Source: Bacteroidales bacterium
GTDB taxonomy: Bacteria > Bacteroidota > Bacteroidia > Bacteroidales > S143-33
Assembly (NCBI GenBank): GCA_027015275.1
Contig: JALWCU010000184.1
Coordinates: 1 to 38,831 of the forward strand
Direction: 5' to 3'
DNA: 38,831 nt
Shown: positions 38,470 through 38,831 of the stretch, piece by piece
Position numbering within the stretch: position 1 is the stretch's first letter
Layout: every line of letters starts with the position of its first letter
The notes under the pieces: generated by a model
Seen by the model: the letters and a program-made list of their open reading frames with translations, nothing else
Databases searched by the model: none
What the model was told of the DNA's origin: nothing
Made by a program: the position numbers and the translations under genes

Positions 38470-38489
38470 GGTCGAAGCAATATTGTCTT

Positions 38490-38831
38490 TTATTTTATCT
38501 TTTTGAAAATCAATGTTGCATTATGTCCGCCAAAGCCAAATGTATTACTCAGGGCAACGTTAAGTTGTTTTTCTTTAGGTTCGTTTGGTGTGAGATCAAA
38601 CTTTGGATCAATGTCGGGATCAAGGTTAAACAAATTGATAGTAGGTGGCACAATATTATTCTGCAATGCGAGAACAGAAGCGACAGCCTCAGTAGCTCCC
38701 GCAGCACCCAGAAGATGCCCTGTCATAGATTTGGTTGAACTAATGCTCACCTTATAAGCCTGCTCGCCAAAAACTTTCTTGATAGCTATAAGCTCAGATA
38801 TATCTCCCAGTTTTGTTGAAGTTCCATGGAC
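38490..38831 (-). CDS. fabF: Beta-ketoacyl-ACP synthase II, C-terminal part, truncated by window edge
   Basis: Frame is open to the edge: [11 protein letters not shown]...[15 protein letters not shown]...PPTIN...[10 protein letters not shown]; upstream of rnc. Confidence 0.95.
   Translation of the reverse strand, partial: VHGTSTKLGDISELIAIKKVFGEQAYKVSISSTKSMTGHLLGAAGATEAVASVLALQNNIVPPTINLFNLDPDIDPKFDLTPNEPKEKQLNVALSNTFGFGGHNATLIFKKIK

Noticed and set aside
369-38757. Numerous short antisense or out-of-frame ORFs in the track (e.g. 369-842, 1263-1811, 8159-8659, 14579-15298, 38314-38757)
   Set aside because: They are shadows of well-supported genes and have no family motifs.

Overview
A gene-dense chromosomal window from a Bacteroidota (probably Bacteroidales-like) bacterium. 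This assignment rests on TAnnTTTG promoter boxes, a T9SS C-terminal sorting domain, an alpha2-type GlyRS and the fabF-rnc order. Housekeeping genes are dapD, glyQS, tdk, yidD, folC, mrp, accA, dnaB, pdxJ, rnc and fabF (partial). Four accessory-looking blocks sit among them. (1) A variable locus at 2.2-4.75 kb holds an unannotated promoter-pseudoknot-terminator RNA element, a remnant of a DUF4143-type ATPase gene, a DUF2804 gene and an AT-rich solitary HARE-HTH/PD-(D/E)xK nuclease. (2) A TetR-MMPL-LolA-like-DUF1302 envelope-spanning transport operon is divergent from a steroid 5-alpha-reductase/SDR pair and flanked by an SCP2-like gene. (3) A signalling cluster has three SpoIIE/PP2C proteins, including tandem 7TM-DISM-GAF receptors of which one is catalytically intact and one looks like a pseudo-phosphatase. 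(4) A small ORF missed by the ORF track lies at about 27.9-28.1 kb. I saw no tRNA, rRNA, CRISPR array, integrase or transposase. All family assignments come from motif recognition by eye; no database searches were run.
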